Positions 1 to 11,234 of a stretch of 64,000 bases of DNA are shown piece after piece. The DNA comes from an uncultured Verrucomicrobiae bacterium (GTDB taxonomy: Bacteria; Verrucomicrobiota; Verrucomicrobiia; Limisphaerales; Palsa-1400). The stretch lies in assembly GCA_963702845.1 (NCBI GenBank), contig OY969763.1, forward strand, positions 4,800,001 to 4,864,000. The letters are read 5' to 3'. The notes beneath the pieces were generated by a model, which saw only the letters and a program-made list of their open reading frames with translations, was not told the DNA's origin and ran no database searches. The position numbers were made by a program, and so were the translations under genes. Position 1 is the first letter of the stretch, and each line of letters opens with the position of its first letter.

Positions 1-1452
1 AGTCGGCCTTTCACCAATTTGCAGAAAAATATACGGCCACTCTGGCCGCTATCGATGACGATTACTTGCGCGAACGCGCCGCAGATATGCGCGACGTCAC
101 CGCGCGGGTGCTGAACAATTTACTAGGCCATCCCCAACAGGAACTGCGCAGCTTGACCGAACAGTGCATCGTTATAGCCGAAGATATTCCGCCGTCGCTC
201 GTCGCGACGCTCGATAAAACGAAGGTCATTGGTTTCGCGACAGACGTTGGCAGCAAAACCTCCCACACCGCCATCATGGCCCGGTCGTTGCAAATTCCGG
301 CCGTTGTCGGTTTGCAGGATGCGAGTGCCAAAGTCGAGAACGGCGTCCACGTCCTCGTCGATGGTTACAACGGCGTCCTCATCATCAATCCGACCGATCA
401 GACGTTGTTCGAGTACGGCCAACTGGTCCGACGACACGTCACGATGGAGGAGAAGCTCAAGGACATCCAGGGGCTTCCAGCCGTCACGCTTGACGGCGCC
501 AAAGTGACGTTGGCGGCAAACATCGAACAGACCAGCGATGTTGATGCTGTAAAATTTTATGGAGCCGAAGGCGTCGGCCTGTTCCGTACCGAATACCTCT
601 TCATCAATCGCGACACTTTGCCAACTGAAGAGGAACAATACGTAGCCTATCGCAAGGTCGCCGCGGAGTTGAAGCCCGCTCCGGTCATCATCCGCACGTT
701 GGACCTCGGCGGAGACAAATTTTTGTCACACCTCGCCTTGCCCCAGGAAATGAATCCGTTCTTGGGCTGGCGCGCCATCCGGTTTTGCCTTGAGGAGAAG
801 GATATATTCCGCGCCCAACTCCGCGCCATTCTCCGCGCCAGTGCAGAAGGGAACATCAAGATGATGTACCCGATGATCACCTGCGTGGATGAGGTGCTAA
901 AGGCCAATGAATATGTCGAGGAGTTCAAAGCCGAACTTCGCGCCGAAGGTAAACCGTTCGATGAAAAGTTGGAAGTCGGCATCATGGTCGAGATTCCATC
1001 AGCGGCTTTGGCCGCAGGTATTCTTGGCCAAGCACGTCAGCTTTTTCAGCATCGGCACCAACGATCTGATTCAGTATTCGTTGGCCGTCGATCGTTTGAA
1101 CGAAAAGATTGCGCACCTGTACGAACCGACCCATCCAGCTATTTTGCGATTGATCAAAATGACGGCCGATGCCGCTAAGAAACAAGGCATCTGGTGCGGC
1201 ATTTGTGGCGAGATGGCGGGTGATCCGATGCTGACGCCGTTGCTCTTGGGTCTGGGTGTCGATGAATTAAGCGCGGCTCCGCCTCTCTTACCCTGGGTGA
1301 AACTCCTAATCCGCCGTCTGAAAATGTCCGATGCAAAGGAACTGGCAGAGTTCGCCTTGAATTGTGACTCAGGTCGGGAAATCTTAGAGCGGTCGCAAGC
1401 GCTCGCGCAATCGGTTGCTCCGGGTTTGTTCGACCATTCCTTAAAAGTATGA
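1..1452 (+). CDS. ptsI: PTS enzyme I (phosphoenolpyruvate-protein phosphotransferase), 5'-truncated by the window, with an apparent 1-bp frameshift near 1023-1026
   Basis: SHTAIMAR phospho-His motif, GVGLFRTE, RTLDLGGDK and NPFLGWRAIR in ORF 66..1178; FFSIGTNDLIQY and GICGEMAGDP continue in ORF 907..1452. Confidence 0.95.
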
Positions 1453-2201
1453 AGGTTTTGATTTTGGCCGCGGGTTATGCAACTCGCTTGTATCCGTTGA
1501 CACTGACTCAGCCCAAGCCGCTTTTACCGGTTGCGGGCAAGCCCATGATCGAGCACGTCCTCGATAACATCGCGCCCATCCCCGGCATCGACCGCGTCTA
1601 TGTCGTCACAAATGCCAAGTTCGCCGATCACTTCCAAAAGTGGGCCGACAATTATTGCGCGACCAAAACCAAACTGAATTTTACCATCGTCAACGATAAG
1701 TCGACCGACGACACCAACAAACTCGGCGCCATCGGCGACATTCATCTAGTCCTGAATCGCGAGAAGATCGACGACGATTTGATCGTAGTGGCAGGCGACA
1801 ACTTGTTCAGCCAAACCATCGAAGCCTTCGGTCAATACTGCCGCAAACGCAACGCTCCGGTCCTCGCCGTTTACGACGTCGGCAATCTCGAAGAAATCAA
1901 AAAGTACAACTCCATCAGCATCGACGGCGACGGCAAGATTACTTATTTCGAAGAAAAACCTAAGGATCCCAAGAGCACCATCACCGGCATTGCGCTCTAC
2001 TATTACCCGAAGAACACGTTGCCGCTGATTCATCAATACATCGCCGAAGGCAACAACCCGGATCAACCTGGTCGCCTCGTCCAATGGCTCTACACCCGCA
2101 CCGCCGTCTATACTTGGCGCGTGCCCGGCATCTGGTTCGACATCGGCTCGAAGGATAGTCTCGATGAAGCGAACAAAATCTTCTCCGGGCTGACGAAATA
2201 A
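1449..2201 (+). CDS. Sugar-phosphate nucleotidyltransferase family protein
   Basis: LAAGYATRLYPLT..PKPLLPV N-terminal motif, EEKP, WFDIG; ATGA overlap with ptsI stop. Confidence 0.9.
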   Translation: MKVLILAAGYATRLYPLTLTQPKPLLPVAGKPMIEHVLDNIAPIPGIDRVYVVTNAKFADHFQKWADNYCATKTKLNFTIVNDKSTDDTNKLGAIGDIHLVLNREKIDDDLIVVAGDNLFSQTIEAFGQYCRKRNAPVLAVYDVGNLEEIKKYNSISIDGDGKITYFEEKPKDPKSTITGIALYYYPKNTLPLIHQYIAEGNNPDQPGRLVQWLYTRTAVYTWRVPGIWFDIGSKDSLDEANKIFSGLTK

Positions 2202-2243
2202 ATTCCGCCTTGCGATTGGCTGGCGTTCGCCTAAAGCTCGGGC

Positions 2244-3476
2244 ATGGTTAGGTTCTCGTGTCCGGCGTGCGGTCAACACTTTGCAGGCGACGAATCCTAT
2301 TATGGCCGGCAGCTCGACTGCCCTGCGTGCCGCAACCGGTTTGTCGTCCCCGCGCCTGCTTCAGCGGCTCACGCTGCCCCAGCCGCTCCGGGCCATTATC
2401 CGCCGAACACCTTGCCGCCGAAGAAAAGCAAGACCGCGCTGATTGTTACCGCATCCGTCTTGGCATTCCTGCTTTCGGCTGGCGCAGCCTTCGTCGTCGT
2501 TCAACGACTATTGGTTCCGCAAGCTGTGCTCGTTGCCAAAGCGCCGGCGAATGCGGTCGGCAAGCTGAAAGGAACACTCGGCAAAATCCCGCAACGTTCG
2601 ACAGACGACCCAACCGGACAGTTAAGCGCCACGGACATCGTTCAGCGCGTCACCGATGCGTACAGCGCGCTGATCAGTTACAGCTCCGAAGGAACCGCCG
2701 TAACCGATATGGATATGTCGCGCGTAGATTTTGGAAGCATCCCTGGACTACCCCCGCAAGTGGCTGCTCAAGCCAAAGCTTCCAAGGAAGCAAAAGCCGC
2801 TTTGGCAAAACCGCAACACATGGAGGCTGACTTCTCAGTGAAGCTGGCCCGGCCGGGACTTTATCGAGTCGATTGGAAATCTCAAGGACCCATGAACATG
2901 AGCGGCGCGGCATGGAGCACCGGTGACGATCACTACCTGTATATGGGAATGAAGCCGCCGAAATATGTCAAAATGCAGAATCGCGACATCGCGCTCGGTG
3001 CCGCCACCGGCGTCTCTCAAGGAGCGGCAAACACCGTTCCGGCGCTCTTTTTCAATGGCGCCGAGAGCTTCCTCGCGAAATTGGCCGATGTGACGCTTGG
3101 CAAAGATGACACCATCGACGGCGTCGATTGTTATTTGCTCAACGGCGACCTGAACGGAATGAAAATGAATTTCTGGATCGATAAAAGCAATTTCCTCATC
3201 AAACAAAAGCAACAAGTCCTCGGCGGCGAAGTAAAGATGCCAAAAATGAGCGACAAGGATGTCGACGACGCCCTCAAACAAATGGGCGGCGGCACGACGA
3301 CGGAAAAACGGGCACAGATGAAAACCATGATGCAAAACATGCGTGCGATGTCGTCGAAGATGAAGGGAACAATGACCGAGACATATCGGAACATTGAGAC
3401 GAATCAGAAAATTGCGACGGACAAGTTCAAATACGACGTTCCTAGCGGTGTGGAATTGAGCAGTTCTTTGTTCTAA
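2244..3476 (+). CDS. Membrane-anchored protein: N-terminal zinc ribbon, TM helix, LolA/DUF2092-like periplasmic domain
   Basis: CPACG...CPAC, hydrophobic helix, IDGVDCYLL..FWIDK..FLI pattern of LolA-like folds. Confidence 0.6.
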   Translation: MVRFSCPACGQHFAGDESYYGRQLDCPACRNRFVVPAPASAAHAAPAAPGHYPPNTLPPKKSKTALIVTASVLAFLLSAGAAFVVVQRLLVPQAVLVAKAPANAVGKLKGTLGKIPQRSTDDPTGQLSATDIVQRVTDAYSALISYSSEGTAVTDMDMSRVDFGSIPGLPPQVAAQAKASKEAKAALAKPQHMEADFSVKLARPGLYRVDWKSQGPMNMSGAAWSTGDDHYLYMGMKPPKYVKMQNRDIALGAATGVSQGAANTVPALFFNGAESFLAKLADVTLGKDDTIDGVDCYLLNGDLNGMKMNFWIDKSNFLIKQKQQVLGGEVKMPKMSDKDVDDALKQMGGGTTTEKRAQMKTMMQNMRAMSSKMKGTMTETYRNIETNQKIATDKFKYDVPSGVELSSSLF

Positions 3477-3532
3477 GAGTGTCAAATACGCAGGCTTGCT
3501 CGCGTGAATTCGGTGAGCTAGGTTGGGGCGCT

Positions 3533-4756
3533 ATGGATGATCATGCTTCAATGGGAACGCCGCCCGATTCCGGTGCGGGATCAACCTCAAGTTTCAGTTC
3601 GACTACTCCACCCTCATTCACTCCGCCGCCGCCCGTTCCGCCAGTGATCGCCGCCAGCGTTCCACCACCACCACCACCGCGACGAAACAATTGCACTGCG
3701 TGGAAGGTCGTGGCAATTGTCGCTTTGATTCTGTTGGCATTTAGTTTCCTCGCCAACGTTGCCCGCGTGACATCCAGAGCGATGCGCGGCAATCGAAGCT
3801 CTCAAACTTACGAACGCGTGCAGAAAGTTGAGGAAGTGCTGATCGAGCCAAGTTCAAGCCGCAACAAAATCGCCGTCGTCGAAGTCGAAGGCATCATTAT
3901 GAGCGCCGGTGAACGTTCTGCTATGACGATGCCAGAGTTCGTTCGCGAACAACTCAAAGCAGCCAAGGCTGACGACGATGTTAAAGCCGTGGTTCTGAAA
4001 ATCAATTCACCAGGCGGCGAAGTGCTCGCTGCCGATGAAATCAACGCTGCCATCAAAGATTTTCAACAGACCTCATCCAAGCCCGTGATTGCATCGATGG
4101 GAACTTTGGCCGCTTCGGGGGGTTATTATGTGGCAGCGCCTTGTCGTTGGATTGTTGCCAACGAATTGACTATCACCGGCAGCATCGGCGTGATTATGCA
4201 TGGATACAACTACCGCGGGCTGATGAACAAGCTCGGCATCAAGCCGGACATCTTCAAAAGCGGCAAATTCAAGGACATGCTCAGCGGCGATCAGGAACCT
4301 GACCTCGACAAACTTTCAACCCAGGATCGCGAGACCCGCATGGAAGAACGAAAGATGGTGCAGGATTTGATTGACGAAACCTTCAATAGGTTTAAAGAGG
4401 TAGTGAAATCCGGTCGCGATACAGCCGAAAAGCGCAATCACGGCAAAGGAAAAACCCTTTCCGAAAATTGGGCCGATTACGCCGATGGCCGGGTGTTCTC
4501 CGGCAAGCAGGCTTTGGAACTGGGTTTTGTCGATGAAAATGGCAGTTTCGACGCCGCGGTCGCGCGCGCGAAGCAGATCGCCGGAATCACCGGCGGCGCG
4601 AACTTGATCGAATATCGTCAACCGTTCGATCTCGGTTCTCTGTTCCATTTGTTTGGCAAAACGGAAGTGCCCGCGATGAAAGTGGATCTCGGAATTAACA
4701 CTCCGAAATTGCATGCCGGCCAATTGTATTACATTTTTCCCAGTGTTTTGAATTAA
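3533..4756 (+). CDS. sppA: Signal peptide peptidase SppA (S49)
   Basis: INSPGG, AASGGYY, TGSIGV, KSGKFKD and DGRVFSG motifs; ATG at 3533 chosen. Confidence 0.92.
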   Translation: MDDHASMGTPPDSGAGSTSSFSSTTPPSFTPPPPVPPVIAASVPPPPPPRRNNCTAWKVVAIVALILLAFSFLANVARVTSRAMRGNRSSQTYERVQKVEEVLIEPSSSRNKIAVVEVEGIIMSAGERSAMTMPEFVREQLKAAKADDDVKAVVLKINSPGGEVLAADEINAAIKDFQQTSSKPVIASMGTLAASGGYYVAAPCRWIVANELTITGSIGVIMHGYNYRGLMNKLGIKPDIFKSGKFKDMLSGDQEPDLDKLSTQDRETRMEERKMVQDLIDETFNRFKEVVKSGRDTAEKRNHGKGKTLSENWADYADGRVFSGKQALELGFVDENGSFDAAVARAKQIAGITGGANLIEYRQPFDLGSLFHLFGKTEVPAMKVDLGINTPKLHAGQLYYIFPSVLN

Positions 4757-4911
4757 TCGAACGACTTGGGCTGAGACGAAAAGTAAATATATAATCGCGA
4801 AGCTTTAACTTTAAAAACCATTCCCGATTTAAGAACGGAATAAGCGCAGAGGCGCCGCAAGCACTTCTTCTTTGTTGATTCTTACTTCTTAAGACGTGGG
4901 GTTATCCTCCC

Positions 4912-6045
4912 ATGAGCCAGCTAGACAACGTCCTGATCGTTGCTGACAGCGAGCACGACGCGAACATGCTTTATGCAGTGCGCATGTTCGTGCCTGACGC
5001 ATTTATCTATATGCGCCTCGACGGCAAGTGCCACGTCGTCATGAACGACCTCGAAATCGACCGCGCGCGCAAACAAGCCCCGCATTGCCGAATCATTTCC
5101 TCCACCGATTGCGTTCAGCGCATTCAAAAAACAAAAGGCAAGCCGAACACCGCCGCGATCATCAAGCTGCTTTTGAGCGACCGCAAGATTCGCCGCATTT
5201 TCGTCCCCGGCACTTTCCCACACGGGCTTGCGCGTGAGCTGCGCCAGATCGGAATCACGGTTGATGTGAAGAAGGGCGGTATTTTTCCACAACGCGAATG
5301 CAAGCGCCCAGATGAAGTCAAAAAAATCAGCGCGGCACTAATGATGGCGGAGGTCGGCCTCGCAGAAGGTATGCAAGCGTTGAAAAATTCGAAGATCGCG
5401 CGCGACGGTCGTTTGATGTATCATGGCGTCCCGCTGACTTCAGAAAAACTGCGCTCCATCATCGACATCGCGATCATTCAAGCCGGCGGTTTGGCTAATC
5501 ACACAATTGTCGCCGGCGGCAAGCAAGGTTGCGATCCGCACGAACGCGGCCACGGTGTCTTGCGGGCCCATGAACCGATCATTCTCGACGTCTTCCCGCG
5601 CTCACAAAAAACCGGTTACTTCGGCGACATCACGCGCACAGTAGTTAAAGGCAAACCCAGCGAGGCTGTGCGGCGCCTGTATAACATCGTTGCGCGCGGC
5701 CAGGAAATTGGGTTCAAGCAAATGAAGACCGGCGCGAAAGGCGCAGACGTGCACAAGTCGGTCCAAGCGTTTTTCGAGAGTGAAGGTTACAAGACCGGCA
5801 AGCGCAACGGGCGCATGGAAGGTTTCTTCCACGGGACCGGCCATGGCCTCGGCTTGGAAATTCACGAAGCGCCGCGAGTCAGTCTGACATCGGTCGACAC
5901 TTTGAAGAGCGGCCACGTGGTCACGGTTGAGCCCGGATTGTATTATCCGGAAATCGGCGGCGGGGTCCGGCTCGAAGACGTTGCCTGGGTCCGAAACGGG
6001 CATTCCAAGAATCTCACGAAGTTCGAGAAGGTGCTTGAGGTCTGA
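4912..6045 (+). CDS. Xaa-Pro aminopeptidase family (M24) protein
   Basis: GYFGDITRT, HGTGHGLGLEIHEAP, TVEPGLY, GVRLED. Confidence 0.92.
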   Translation: MSQLDNVLIVADSEHDANMLYAVRMFVPDAFIYMRLDGKCHVVMNDLEIDRARKQAPHCRIISSTDCVQRIQKTKGKPNTAAIIKLLLSDRKIRRIFVPGTFPHGLARELRQIGITVDVKKGGIFPQRECKRPDEVKKISAALMMAEVGLAEGMQALKNSKIARDGRLMYHGVPLTSEKLRSIIDIAIIQAGGLANHTIVAGGKQGCDPHERGHGVLRAHEPIILDVFPRSQKTGYFGDITRTVVKGKPSEAVRRLYNIVARGQEIGFKQMKTGAKGADVHKSVQAFFESEGYKTGKRNGRMEGFFHGTGHGLGLEIHEAPRVSLTSVDTLKSGHVVTVEPGLYYPEIGGGVRLEDVAWVRNGHSKNLTKFEKVLEV

Positions 6046-6142
6046 GCCGTTTCAGGCTTGAGACAGCGCTACGTTTCTGTATAACATCTTTGGCTCCGGC
6101 GGCGAATGCGAGTGATTGCGTGTTCACCAAGGGACAACAACA

Positions 6143-6349
6143 ATGCCGACAACCAGACGGTCCAGACGCACAATCGACCCGGACGCTGCTGCTTTGCCCA
6201 AACGCAGTCACGATCTCTATTTTCTGTTCCCCGGGATGGCGCACGGCTCGCGCAAACGATATACGCGCAATCTCATCTGGTCCTTGATTGTCGGCGCGCT
6301 GGCGTCGACGGCCATCGCAGGGTTGCTTTATTTGGTGTATAAGCCTTGA
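6143..6349 (+). CDS. Small hypothetical membrane protein
   Basis: ATG after an A-rich leader; single C-terminal TM helix; fits between neighbours. Confidence 0.55.
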   Translation: MPTTRRSRRTIDPDAAALPKRSHDLYFLFPGMAHGSRKRYTRNLIWSLIVGALASTAIAGLLYLVYKP

Positions 6350-6358
6350 TTCGTTCCG

Positions 6359-7138
6359 ATGGCGATTCTCCATGTTTCCGGGCTCAGCATTTGGCGCGGA
6401 CAAACGGTCATTCTCGATGACATCAATTGGACCGTCCAATCGCGCCAACATTGGGTCGTGCTCGGCGCGAATGGTTCGGGAAAAACTTCTTTGCTCAGCG
6501 CCTTAACCGGCTACCTCACTCCCAGTTCAGGGACGATTCAGCTCTTCGACGAAACCTTTGGAAAAACCGATTGGCGCGAGTTGCGCAAGCGCGTGGGCAT
6601 GGTGAGTTCATCGATTCGCCAACTCATTCACGAAGAGGACACCGCGCTCGACGTCGTCGTGAGCGGCAAAGACGCGATGATTGGCAGTTGGGGTAAGGTG
6701 AGCGCAGCCGATCGCAAAAAGGGATTCTCCCTGTTGAAACAGATCGAATGCGAAAATCTAGTTGAACGACCCTGGGATGTGTTATCGCAAGGCGAACGGC
6801 AACGGGTTTTGATCGGACGCGCGTTGATGGCCAACCCGGCGTTGTTGATTTTGGATGAGCCGTGCGCCGGCCTTGATCCCGTAGCCCGCGAACGTTTTCT
6901 CAGTTTCATTCAGCGGCTCGGCACGCAAAAGAATTCGCCGACACTGGTGCTCGTGACTCATCACGTCGAAGAAATCATGCCCGCGTTCTCGCACGTGTTG
7001 ATGCTCAAGGAAGGTCGCGTGTTCACTGCCGGTAAAAAAGGTGCTGTTTTGAATTCGAAAAACTTCAGCGCATTGTTCGATGAACCAATCCGCCTCGCCA
7101 AAGTTTCTCGCCGCTACGCTCTCCATTTCAAGGCTTAG
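6359..7138 (+). CDS. ABC transporter ATP-binding protein (ModF/YlmA-like)
   Basis: Walker A GANGSGKT, LSQGE signature, LILDEP, VTHH. Confidence 0.9.
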   Translation: MAILHVSGLSIWRGQTVILDDINWTVQSRQHWVVLGANGSGKTSLLSALTGYLTPSSGTIQLFDETFGKTDWRELRKRVGMVSSSIRQLIHEEDTALDVVVSGKDAMIGSWGKVSAADRKKGFSLLKQIECENLVERPWDVLSQGERQRVLIGRALMANPALLILDEPCAGLDPVARERFLSFIQRLGTQKNSPTLVLVTHHVEEIMPAFSHVLMLKEGRVFTAGKKGAVLNSKNFSALFDEPIRLAKVSRRYALHFKA

Positions 7139-7180
7139 TTGGAGCTTGTCGCAAGCACGCCGCCGCGTAATATCCCGACA

Positions 7181-7552
7181 GTGTTGATTCGATTGCACAA
7201 ATGGCTCGTCGTGCTGGCGCTCGTGTTGAGCATCGGCGGTCATTGGGCATTTTTGCAATCTGTTGCGTGGGTCGGCATGGCCGTGACTTACTCCAAAGAT
7301 GCGAGCTTGTCGCAAGTCTTCGAAAAAACTTTTGACGGACACCATCTCTGCAAACTGTGCAAAATTGTTCGCGCGGGCCAAAAAGCCGAGAACACAAACG
7401 AAATGAAGCTCGACTTAAAAAAGTTCGACATCATGGCCAGCGCACCAAGTCTTTTCATTTTCGAATCTCCTTCAATTTCTCCTCAGAGCCCAATCGTTCC
7501 CACTCTCCAACGCACCGAGGCTCCGCCATCACCACCGCCCATCTTCTCATAA
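7181..7552 (+). CDS. Small CxxC-containing membrane protein of the type found upstream of metal-transport genes
   Basis: TM helix, TFDGHHLCKLC, C-terminal PPSPPP. Confidence 0.6.
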   Translation: MLIRLHKWLVVLALVLSIGGHWAFLQSVAWVGMAVTYSKDASLSQVFEKTFDGHHLCKLCKIVRAGQKAENTNEMKLDLKKFDIMASAPSLFIFESPSISPQSPIVPTLQRTEAPPSPPPIFS

Positions 7553-7678
7553 CTCTAATTCTTGCTTCCTCGACGCGTGGCGTCGAGTGCGGCGCGCGCC
7601 GGGCGTTGCGCCTTATCTGATCAACAAATAATCAATCGCGGCACTTAAATCAGAAGTGTCGCAAGCAGTTTTGTAGTT

Positions 7679-8644
7679 ATGAAAATTTTGAAGAGTTCTT
7701 TTGCATTTTTAATTTTGGCTGTCGCGAGTGCGCAGCCGTTGTTGGCCTGTGATATTTGCGGTTGTTTCGACGCCAATGGCGCGTGCGGAATGGGCATCGG
7801 ACCGAGCAGCAAATACATCACTGAAATCGAAAAGGGATTTATTGCCGGCGTCGCCGAACAATATACGCATTTCGGCACACTCCAGGACGACGGCCATAAA
7901 ATCGCCGGGCAAGGCGAATTTCTGAACAGTTCAGTCTCGCAGATTTTCGCGTTGTATAACTTCAACAAACGTTTCGGCGTGCAACTGAATGTGCCGCTCA
8001 TTTATCGCGAGTGGGGCTCCGACGTTATGCCGCACGACCACACCTCGGGCATCGGCGACGTCTCATTGGTCGGGAACTTTCGCTTATACGAACAACTGCG
8101 CCAGAATACGACGCTCACGTGGTCGTTACTCGGCGGCGTAAAATTTCCCACAGGCAATTCTTCGCTCTTGAATACGCCAGATGAACAGTTGCCGGAGGGC
8201 ATTGGTGGACACGATCTCGCCCTCGGCTCCGGCTCTTTCGACGGCATTGTTGGGACCTCTGTCTACGGCCGATACAATCGATGGTTCGGCAGCGCCGCAG
8301 TTCAATATGCCATTCGCACTCGCGGCGATTTTGGTCATCGCTATGCCAACGATCTGATCTGGTCCGGCGGCCCCGGATATTACGTCGTCGTGAAGGGCGA
8401 ATACACCATCGCTCTGCAAGCCATCATCGCTGGTGAAACAAAGGGTAAAGACACATTCTACGGCGTCGACGATCCAGATTCCGCCGAAACAATCGTGACC
8501 GTCGGACCGCAAGTCAACTTCAGTTGGCGCAACAAATTGAATGTCCAACTCGCAGCCGATCTGCCCGTATCGCGCGACAACACCGGCGAGCAAGTCGTGC
8601 CGGATTATCGCATCCGAGCCGCGGCGAGTTGGAAGTTTTGGTGA
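7679..8644 (+). CDS. Outer-membrane beta-barrel protein ('transporter', MetA-pathway-like family)
   Basis: Signal peptide followed by CDICGC; SGIGDV, GVKFPTG, LGSGSFD; aromatic C-terminus. Confidence 0.7.
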   Translation: MKILKSSFAFLILAVASAQPLLACDICGCFDANGACGMGIGPSSKYITEIEKGFIAGVAEQYTHFGTLQDDGHKIAGQGEFLNSSVSQIFALYNFNKRFGVQLNVPLIYREWGSDVMPHDHTSGIGDVSLVGNFRLYEQLRQNTTLTWSLLGGVKFPTGNSSLLNTPDEQLPEGIGGHDLALGSGSFDGIVGTSVYGRYNRWFGSAAVQYAIRTRGDFGHRYANDLIWSGGPGYYVVVKGEYTIALQAIIAGETKGKDTFYGVDDPDSAETIVTVGPQVNFSWRNKLNVQLAADLPVSRDNTGEQVVPDYRIRAAASWKFW

Positions 8645-8875
8645 TTAGAACCGCTTCGAGAAATACCAAATCGCGACCATTATTCCGATCGCGGTGATGC
8701 TCATGTAGAGCGGCGAGGCGATGAAGTAAGATATCCCAATGAGCGCGACGCCGCCAGCCATTGGGACGTAAGAATGCTGCTTTTTACCGTAGATAAAGAA
8801 GCCAGAACCGATAGCTCCCCAGATCAGCGATGCAAACAGCGTGCCTGCGCTAAAATTCATTGCGCTTAAGTCCAT
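8645..8875 (-). CDS. Small hypothetical membrane protein
   Basis: Hydrophobic 76-aa ORF (GFFIYGKKQ...YF), 1 bp downstream of the previous minus-strand gene. Confidence 0.7.
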   Translation of the reverse strand: MDLSAMNFSAGTLFASLIWGAIGSGFFIYGKKQHSYVPMAGGVALIGISYFIASPLYMSITAIGIMVAIWYFSKRF

Positions 8876-8876
8876 T

Positions 8877-10295
8877 TCAAGCTGAGCCAGAGATATTTTT
8901 CAGGTCCGCTCGAACCTGCTCGTAACTCGTATTAAATGCCAACACCGCCGGATCGGGTTCGATTCCGGCTTTTTCGCATGCTTGTGAGTAGCATTTTACC
9001 CACCAGTTGCGATGTTGCGTAAGTCCTTGATCCCGCCACTCCCGCCAGCCCATTAGCACCTTCGACCAGCATTTATCGCCATACTCGACCGCTTCCGCAG
9101 CGCTCTTGAATTCCTTCAAATACCAATCCCGACCGATGCGCGCGTGAAGAACTTCGTCTGCCCAATCGTAGTCCTGGAACAGCGCGGAAAGCGCGCAGTG
9201 CGACTTCAGTCCGACCTCCCATTCGTAGCGTTTGCCATTCTTTGGCATCAAACCTTGCTCGATAAAATATAAAACCCCGTGCCGCTCGATCGACATAAGC
9301 TGCGTGTTCAAACCCAGTGACCATGTGAAATTCACCATCACGTTCTTCGGCCAATCAACGCCGAGCTTCTCAAACCCGACTTCGCCCATCATCGCGTGAC
9401 GCGCTTCATCCCACAATTGGCGCGTCATATCGCTGTAGTAAGTCCACGGTTTATTTGGCGTTTCAATGATGATGCTGGCCATCATTTCGGGCACATCGAT
9501 TTCGCGCAGCCGCTTGTAAAACATCATCAATACCTTGGCATCCGCCGGCATCTTTTCGTCGTAGAGAAAGACCTCCGCATTGACGCCCATGTTGTAAGGA
9601 TCGGGAAAACGCGAATCGCGTTTCGGCACCTTATCGTAAACAAATGGCTTCGCCGAAAATTGACGCGAAATCTTTTTGTCGCTCGGTTCGTCCGCACCGT
9701 TGAGTCCGCCAGCCGCCGACAGGCAGTCTTCCAAAAGTTCTAACCAATTGCTGTCTCGTTTCCGATCGCTCTCCGATACAAGCGCGGCGATTGCCTGCAC
9801 GCCGAACTTCACCATGTCGTCCAACTCAAGCAACGCAAATCGACACATGCGAACCGACGGAGCGTCAGCCAGCGAATTTGTGTCAGCGATGTGCTTCCGC
9901 AATGCCGCAATCAGCACAGGCACAGCCTTTTCGTAAATACCGACCACCAATTCCTCCGTCGTCGGCGCGGAACGAATTTCATCAAAGAAAATTTCCAGGT
10001 TCGCATCCGGAACCATTTCCAAACCCAACGGTGGTTCGCGCATTTCGCCAACCCGTTTGCGCAATGCCGACACGTGCTCGGCGCAATAATGCGCGTGCAA
10101 GCTGAACCCCATCTTCAATTCGTAAACCGGTTCAGCCGTCAAACGTGCGAGCAAAATTTCGTGCAACCGCTTGAACGCATAGTGGTAGCGCTTGAGCCGC
10201 GCGACACAGTCGTCGATCGAAAGCCCGGGCGTCATCGCCTGTTCCATGGAGCAAAGCCCCGCCAGACGCGGCAGCTTGCCAAAATCAGTGTTCAT
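8877..10295 (-). CDS. Ferritin-like (DUF455-like) domain protein
   Basis: Long ORF with WDEARH and ADEVLHARIGRDW di-iron-type motifs. Confidence 0.65.
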   Translation of the reverse strand: MNTDFGKLPRLAGLCSMEQAMTPGLSIDDCVARLKRYHYAFKRLHEILLARLTAEPVYELKMGFSLHAHYCAEHVSALRKRVGEMREPPLGLEMVPDANLEIFFDEIRSAPTTEELVVGIYEKAVPVLIAALRKHIADTNSLADAPSVRMCRFALLELDDMVKFGVQAIAALVSESDRKRDSNWLELLEDCLSAAGGLNGADEPSDKKISRQFSAKPFVYDKVPKRDSRFPDPYNMGVNAEVFLYDEKMPADAKVLMMFYKRLREIDVPEMMASIIIETPNKPWTYYSDMTRQLWDEARHAMMGEVGFEKLGVDWPKNVMVNFTWSLGLNTQLMSIERHGVLYFIEQGLMPKNGKRYEWEVGLKSHCALSALFQDYDWADEVLHARIGRDWYLKEFKSAAEAVEYGDKCWSKVLMGWREWRDQGLTQHRNWWVKCYSQACEKAGIEPDPAVLAFNTSYEQVRADLKNISGSA

Positions 10296-10433
10296 AAAGA
10301 GTTAGGGCGCGTCTAGGTGCGCGCCGTTGGTTTCGACCTCAAACCTACCAAACACCTTGCGTTTTTCTAACCCTAATTCAACCATGCAAGCCGAAGCACT
10401 CATCACTAGCCACTCATCACTTATCACTTCCTC

Positions 10434-10640
10434 ATGAAACTCTTCTACACCGGCCCACTCGTTAATGTCGAATTGCTGGTCGTCATGCTGGAAAAACACG
10501 GCATCGCCGCCACGCAAGAATTCGTCGACGCCGAAGGCGACGAATTCGACCTCAACCGCCTGACCAAAGTCCTCGTCCCCGAACCCGACTACGACCGCGC
10601 CCACCAACTCATCTACGCCGAAAAAGAAGGCGAACTCTAA
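10434..10640 (+). CDS. Putative signal-transducing (DUF2007-like) small protein
   Basis: LEKHGI...VLVPEPDYDRA pattern. Confidence 0.55.
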   Translation: MKLFYTGPLVNVELLVVMLEKHGIAATQEFVDAEGDEFDLNRLTKVLVPEPDYDRAHQLIYAEKEGEL

Positions 10641-11234
10641 TCATCACTCGTAGAAGCCGAGTTAACGTGGCTCACTTCACAAAATCCGAAATTCCAAATT
10701 TTTGTCTCCCGTGTAGGTCGGTGCTAGTCCGTGCAGATCCCAAACCTCCTTCGATCGTTCTCAATATCCCCTCCTCTGCGCCTTCGCGTTGAACAACCTC
10801 ATTCAACTTCCATGCCAACCTCCTAAAAACGCATCTTTTCAACACAAAAAAGTGTCATTTCTTTCCCTCGCTTCCCTCCTTTCCCTACATTTTTTGACGA
10901 GTCGCAACTTCCTGCCATAATCCACCCGCACGCATAAGCGCGCCCGCTGAGCGCTAACGCCCACCGGAACATTGGAAAGATCTATAAATGGGACAGCTGT
11001 GGGTTCATCGAACTGCGATGCCGGACTAACCGGTTAATCCGACAATTCGGACCCATTGGCACCTAAACAAAAAGTTATGAACACCGAAATTGATAATTCA
11101 GATTCGAAGACCGGATCCAAACGCAGCCAAGGTCACGTCGCACGTCTGCCACCAAATCTCACGCTCCCGGGCCGCGGGCACCCACTGACATCCACGCTGG
11201 ATTCCAGCGAAATTCTCCAGTAGCTTGCAGCAAT

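Noticed and set aside
10641..11234. Possible ncRNA or riboswitch in the 0.6-kb gap before prfB
   Set aside because: No recognisable RNA family motif by eye; an Rfam scan would be needed.
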